44,193 bases of DNA from Parcubacteria group bacterium. Its GTDB lineage: Bacteria; Patescibacteriota; Minisyncoccia; Minisyncoccales; UBA10102. The position numbers and the translations under genes were made by a program. The notes under the pieces were generated by a model. That model was not told the origin of the DNA, did not search any database, and saw nothing but the letters and a program-made list of their open reading frames with translations. Shown here piece after piece: positions 39,438 through 44,193 of the stretch; positions within the stretch are counted from its first letter, which is position 1, and each line of letters starts with the position of its first letter. The stretch lies in contig JACQLT010000001.1 in the NCBI GenBank assembly GCA_016203945.1, positions 72,645 to 116,837 on the forward strand. The letters are read 5' to 3'.

Positions 39438-40340
39438 TTATATGCTCATGCCCTGTAATGCTGATATCCTTTCTTCAATGGGGGGATGGGTCATGAACAG
39501 CTTGTGAAACCAGCTCTGGCGCGGTTTTCCCTGGAATGGATCGTCAATGAACAGGTGCGAGGTTGCGTGCGTGGCTCCCGGCAGGGGCTTTGCGTCCAGG
39601 GCGAGCTTATGCAGGGCGCGGGCCAGCCCTTCAGGGTATCTCGTGAGAAGCGCTCCTGAGGCGTCGGCCAAGAACTCTCGTTTGCGAGAAATGGCAAGCT
39701 GCATTAGGGTGGCGACTATCGGAGCCAATACAAGAGCAACAATGCCAATGACAAGAAAAATAACGTGTTGGCCCCCCCTATCGTCTCTGTTTCCTCTCAT
39801 GCCTCCAAACCACATCATGCGGAAAAAGAAATCAGACAACAACGCAACCAATCCCACGAGCACCACGACAATGGTTGAAAGAAGGATATCTTTGTTTCCC
39901 ACGTGCGAAAGCTCGTGCGCCAGCACTCCCTCCAGTTCTGCACGGTCAAGTTTTTCCCGCAATCCTCTGGTGACCGCAACCACGGCGTGCTTGGCGTCGC
40001 GACCTGTTGCGAAGGCATTCATGGCCGCGGTCTCCATGACATATATTTTGGGCACGGGAAGGCCAGCTGTAATGCTCAAGTTTTCTACGATTCTGTACAG
40101 CTCTGCGTCTTGAGATTTTTCTAAGGGTTTAGCCTTCATCATAGAAAGCGCCACCTTGTCTGAGAACCAATACGCCCCCACGTTCATGACCAAGCTGAGA
40201 ACAACGGCTATGTAGAGAATGGAAGGATTGCCGAGCACAGAACTCGCCACCCAGGCAACCGCCATAATCAAGACAAAAAGCCCCGCTAAGTAAAGCCAGG
40301 TCTTTCTGATGTTAGATTCTGCGTGAGAATACAGGTTCAT
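39438..40340 (-). CDS. htpX: M48-family zinc metalloprotease HtpX
   Basis: HELSHVGNKD (HExxH), four TM helices and C-terminal THPPIEERI. Confidence 0.92.
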   Translation of the reverse strand: MNLYSHAESNIRKTWLYLAGLFVLIMAVAWVASSVLGNPSILYIAVVLSLVMNVGAYWFSDKVALSMMKAKPLEKSQDAELYRIVENLSITAGLPVPKIYVMETAAMNAFATGRDAKHAVVAVTRGLREKLDRAELEGVLAHELSHVGNKDILLSTIVVVLVGLVALLSDFFFRMMWFGGMRGNRDDRGGQHVIFLVIGIVALVLAPIVATLMQLAISRKREFLADASGALLTRYPEGLARALHKLALDAKPLPGATHATSHLFIDDPFQGKPRQSWFHKLFMTHPPIEERISALQGMSI

Positions 40341-40897
40341 TAGAAGGCTACTGCAGGGGGCTCTTGATACGCCTTCTCGTCAATGTCAAAGAATTCCTCC
40401 TTCTTGAATCCCAGAGAAGAAGCAAGAAGGTTTACCGGAAAGCTTTCCAACGACGTATTCAGCGCCATGACGTTGGTGTTGTAGAACCTGCGGGAAGCCT
40501 GAATTTTGTCTTCCGTGTCCCGCAATTCCCGCTGAAGTTCCAGAAAGTTCGTGGAAGCCTTGAGATCGGGATAACTTTCGGCAACCGCAAATAGGGACTT
40601 TAAGGTTTCAGAAAGCATGTTTTCCGCCTGGGCTTTCTGGTGCATGCCGTGAGCTCCCATTGCCTGGGCACGAGCTGCAGTTACCTTCTCAAACACCCCC
40701 TGCTCGTGAGAGGCGTATCCTTTCACAGTCTGCATGAGGTTGGGAATGAGATCATACCTGCGCTTGAGCTGCACCTCAATGTCAGATGAAGCTTCCCTGG
40801 TTCGGTTGCGCAGGGTTATCAGGCGGTTATATGACAAAACGACCCACAGGAAAACGACTGCGAGAACGCCGACAACAACTAAAAGAGTGGTATTCAT
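40340..40897 (-). CDS. lemA: LemA-family membrane protein
   Basis: YNRLITLRNRTREASSDIEVQLKRRYDLIPNL...ESYPDLKAS...ASRRFYN. The start was moved to ATG 40897 because a TGGTATAAT promoter lies inside the longer track ORF. 1-nt overlap with htpX. Confidence 0.9.
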   Translation of the reverse strand: MNTTLLVVVGVLAVVFLWVVLSYNRLITLRNRTREASSDIEVQLKRRYDLIPNLMQTVKGYASHEQGVFEKVTAARAQAMGAHGMHQKAQAENMLSETLKSLFAVAESYPDLKASTNFLELQRELRDTEDKIQASRRFYNTNVMALNTSLESFPVNLLASSLGFKKEEFFDIDEKAYQEPPAVAF

Positions 40898-40925
40898 CCC
40901 GTTAGAAATTAATAGTAATGCTTGT

Positions 40926-40953
40926 ATTATACCAAACAGCTCTCCCCTTGCAA
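40926..40953 (-). promoter_or_regulatory. Promoter for lemA-htpX (TTGCAA-16-TATAAT with a TGG extension)
   Basis: Gene strand tcTTGCAAggggagagctgtttggTATAATacaagc. Confidence 0.6.
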
Positions 40954-40978
40954 GAGAAAGCTGCTTTAACAATCCTTG

Positions 40979-41032
40979 GCTTAGCTAAGTTATCCTAAGT
41001 TATCCAAGTTATCCACACTTTGACTTAGTCAA
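40979..41032. repeat. Intergenic motif array: GCTTAGCTAAG, then three TTATCC-type boxes starting 9-10 nt apart (TTATCCTAA, TTATCCAAG, perfect TTATCCACA), then the palindrome TTGACTAAGTCAA
   Basis: Read directly at 40979-40989, 40990, 41000, 41009-41017 and 41020-41032. Confidence 0.65.
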
Positions 41033-41044
41033 GGACATTGACTT

Positions 41045-42965
<1,921 letters not shown>

Positions 42966-42971
42966 AGAAAT

Positions 42972-42998
42972 TAGCAGTTAAGGGTTATGAGTGCTAAA
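42972..42998 (-). promoter_or_regulatory. CIRCE operator (HrcA site) in the groES leader
   Basis: Gene strand TTAGCACTC-ATAACCCTT-AACTGCTAA, against the consensus TTAGCACTC-N9-GAGTGCTAA. The left half is perfect and the right half has 2 mismatches. Confidence 0.85.
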
Positions 42999-43015
42999 CG
43001 CTCTCTGATAGGTAT

Positions 43016-43043
43016 ATATACGAAACCAAGAGGGGCTGTCAAG
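43016..43043 (-). promoter_or_regulatory. Promoter for groES-groEL (TTGACA-16-TATATA)
   Basis: Gene strand aaggcTTGACAgcccctcttggtttcgTATATAtacc, immediately upstream of CIRCE. Confidence 0.65.
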
Positions 43044-43066
43044 CCTTGTGGAAAACTAGACCGAGT

Positions 43067-44077
43067 CTACGAAGAGGTTTTTGTTGCGGTGGCGCGAATA
43101 TGAGAGTTGATTTTCTCAGCCACGTCCTGATGCTCTTTCAGGTAGGTGCGGGCGGCCTCTGCTCCCTGCCCGAGCTTTTCCTCTCCGTACAGTATCCAGG
43201 AACCGGACTTGGTGAGAATTCCGTATTTCAGCCCCGCCTGAATAAGGTCTGCGGCAAACGAGATGCCCTCGTTGTAGAAAATATCAAACTCGCAGACCTG
43301 GAAGGGGGCTGCCACCTTGTTTTTCACGATCTTTGCCCGCACGCGGGATCCCACGATCTGCTCTCCCTGCTTGATCTGCGCAATCCTCCTCAGGTCAATG
43401 CGGCAGGAGGAATAGAACTTGAGGGCAAGGCCGCCTGGCGTGGTCTCGGGATTGCCGAACATTATTCCTATCTTCATACGAATCTGGTTGAGAAAAATTA
43501 CTGAAGTCTTTGTCTTGGAAACGATGCTAGACAGCTTGCGCAGGGCAGAAGACATGAGACGCGCTTGCAAGCCGATCTGAAACTCCCCCATTTCTCCCGC
43601 GACCTCCATCTTAGGAACGAGGGCGGCAACAGAGTCAAGAACGATCACGTCAACTTCCCCTGAGCGCACGAGCGTTTCTACGATCTGTAAGGCCTGTTCC
43701 CCTGAATCTGGCTGGGAAATGAGCAGGTCGTCCAAGTTTACCCCTATCTTGCGGGCGTAATCGGGATCCAGAGCGTGCTCAGCGTCAATGAATGCTCCTG
43801 TGCCTCCTTGTTTTTGAGCCTGGGCTATGATGTGCAATGCCAAGGTTGTTTTTCCGGAAGATTCTGGACCATAAATTTCAACCACCCTGCCGCGCGGAAC
43901 TCCTCCAACGCCCAATGTCAGATCCAGAGAAACGGATCCCGTGGGAATGACTGCCACCTTCTCGGTGTGCGCCTCCGTAAGGCGCATAATGGCACCTTCT
44001 CCGAAGCGCTGGCGGATCTCATCCAATGCTTCTTTAAGATCTCCCAGTTCTTTTTTCGGTTCTTTCTTCTTTGCCAT
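43067..44077 (-). CDS. recA: Recombinase RecA
   Basis: [39 protein letters not shown] and [12 protein letters not shown]. Confidence 0.97.
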   Translation of the reverse strand: MAKKKEPKKELGDLKEALDEIRQRFGEGAIMRLTEAHTEKVAVIPTGSVSLDLTLGVGGVPRGRVVEIYGPESSGKTTLALHIIAQAQKQGGTGAFIDAEHALDPDYARKIGVNLDDLLISQPDSGEQALQIVETLVRSGEVDVIVLDSVAALVPKMEVAGEMGEFQIGLQARLMSSALRKLSSIVSKTKTSVIFLNQIRMKIGIMFGNPETTPGGLALKFYSSCRIDLRRIAQIKQGEQIVGSRVRAKIVKNKVAAPFQVCEFDIFYNEGISFAADLIQAGLKYGILTKSGSWILYGEEKLGQGAEAARTYLKEHQDVAEKINSHIRATATKTSS

Positions 44078-44149
44078 ATCTCAATCTATTATACGCAATA
44101 TCGAGACAAAACACTACCCAACCCCCTACATATACCAACCGCTATGCGA

Positions 44150-44183
44150 GTGTATTTTTCTAACAATTGTTATATTTTTACAC
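44150..44183. promoter_or_regulatory. 34-bp quasi-palindrome GTGTATTTTTCTAACAATTGTTATATTTTTACAC, starting 73 nt upstream of the recA ATG; candidate SOS-type operator
   Basis: 29/34 identical to the perfect palindrome at 9824-9857. The shared core is CTAACAATTGTTA, with shared ends GTGTA/TACAC. Confidence 0.55.
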
Positions 44184-44193
44184 TCTTATAGCT

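Noticed and set aside
40979-41040. Replication origin (oriC), suggested by clustered DnaA-box-like repeats
   Set aside because: There is only one perfect box plus two degenerate ones. No adjacent AT-rich unwinding element, dnaA, dnaN or rpmH is present. Homologous motif copies occur at other promoters in the window, so a regulatory or dispersed motif is more likely.

Overview
The window is a 44.2-kb, very gene-dense stretch of about 50% G+C, and about 50 of 52 genes lie on the minus strand. The gene content suggests a reduced-genome uncultivated bacterium, possibly Patescibacteria/CPR-like. That is an inference from the split transketolase, many tiny or overlapping genes, weak Shine-Dalgarno use, RRM and T4CP-like proteins, and the many orphan exported proteins.

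Housekeeping genes I recognise:
- A non-oxidative pentose-phosphate block: rpiB, rpe, split tkt, a PfkB kinase and a 2-hydroxyacid dehydrogenase.
- typA, csp, an RRM RNA-binding protein, rpoD-dnaG, folA, and glpX plus a DUF2090 protein.
- lemA-htpX, groES-groEL with a CIRCE operator, recA, tRNA-Asn(GUU) and tRNA-Ser(GGA).

Features I find most worth following up:
1. A translationally coupled four-gene module at 4548-9525: a roughly 600-aa hyper-acidic protein, a minimal two-ring ClpB-like AAA+ with a degenerate D1, a 79-aa coiled-coil peptide, and a soluble T4SS-coupling-protein-like ATPase. It is preceded by a long structured leader and a perfect 34-bp palindrome. The only other copy of that palindrome in the window (29/34 identical) sits upstream of recA, and its core CTAACAATTGTTAG resembles a Cheo-type LexA box.
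2. A roughly 2.7-kb AT-rich controller, endonuclease and methyltransferase cassette. It is bounded by inverted ~72-bp structured repeats next to tRNA-Ser and is flanked by two antitoxin gene fragments (HicB N-terminus and XRE C-terminus).
3. A 3 x 7-nt tandem repeat exactly at the tktN/tktC junction. Losing one unit would fuse the two genes in frame.
4. An envelope redox neighbourhood containing a VKOR-dienelactone hydrolase fusion, MsrA, DM13 and a 610-aa Cys-repeat, Q-rich exported protein.
5. An in-frame TGA that truncates a SHOCT domain.
6. A recurrent intergenic motif family carrying perfect DnaA-box 9-mers.

I saw no CRISPR array, transposase or integrase. All functional calls come from reading the translated ORFs and motifs by eye; no database search was run.
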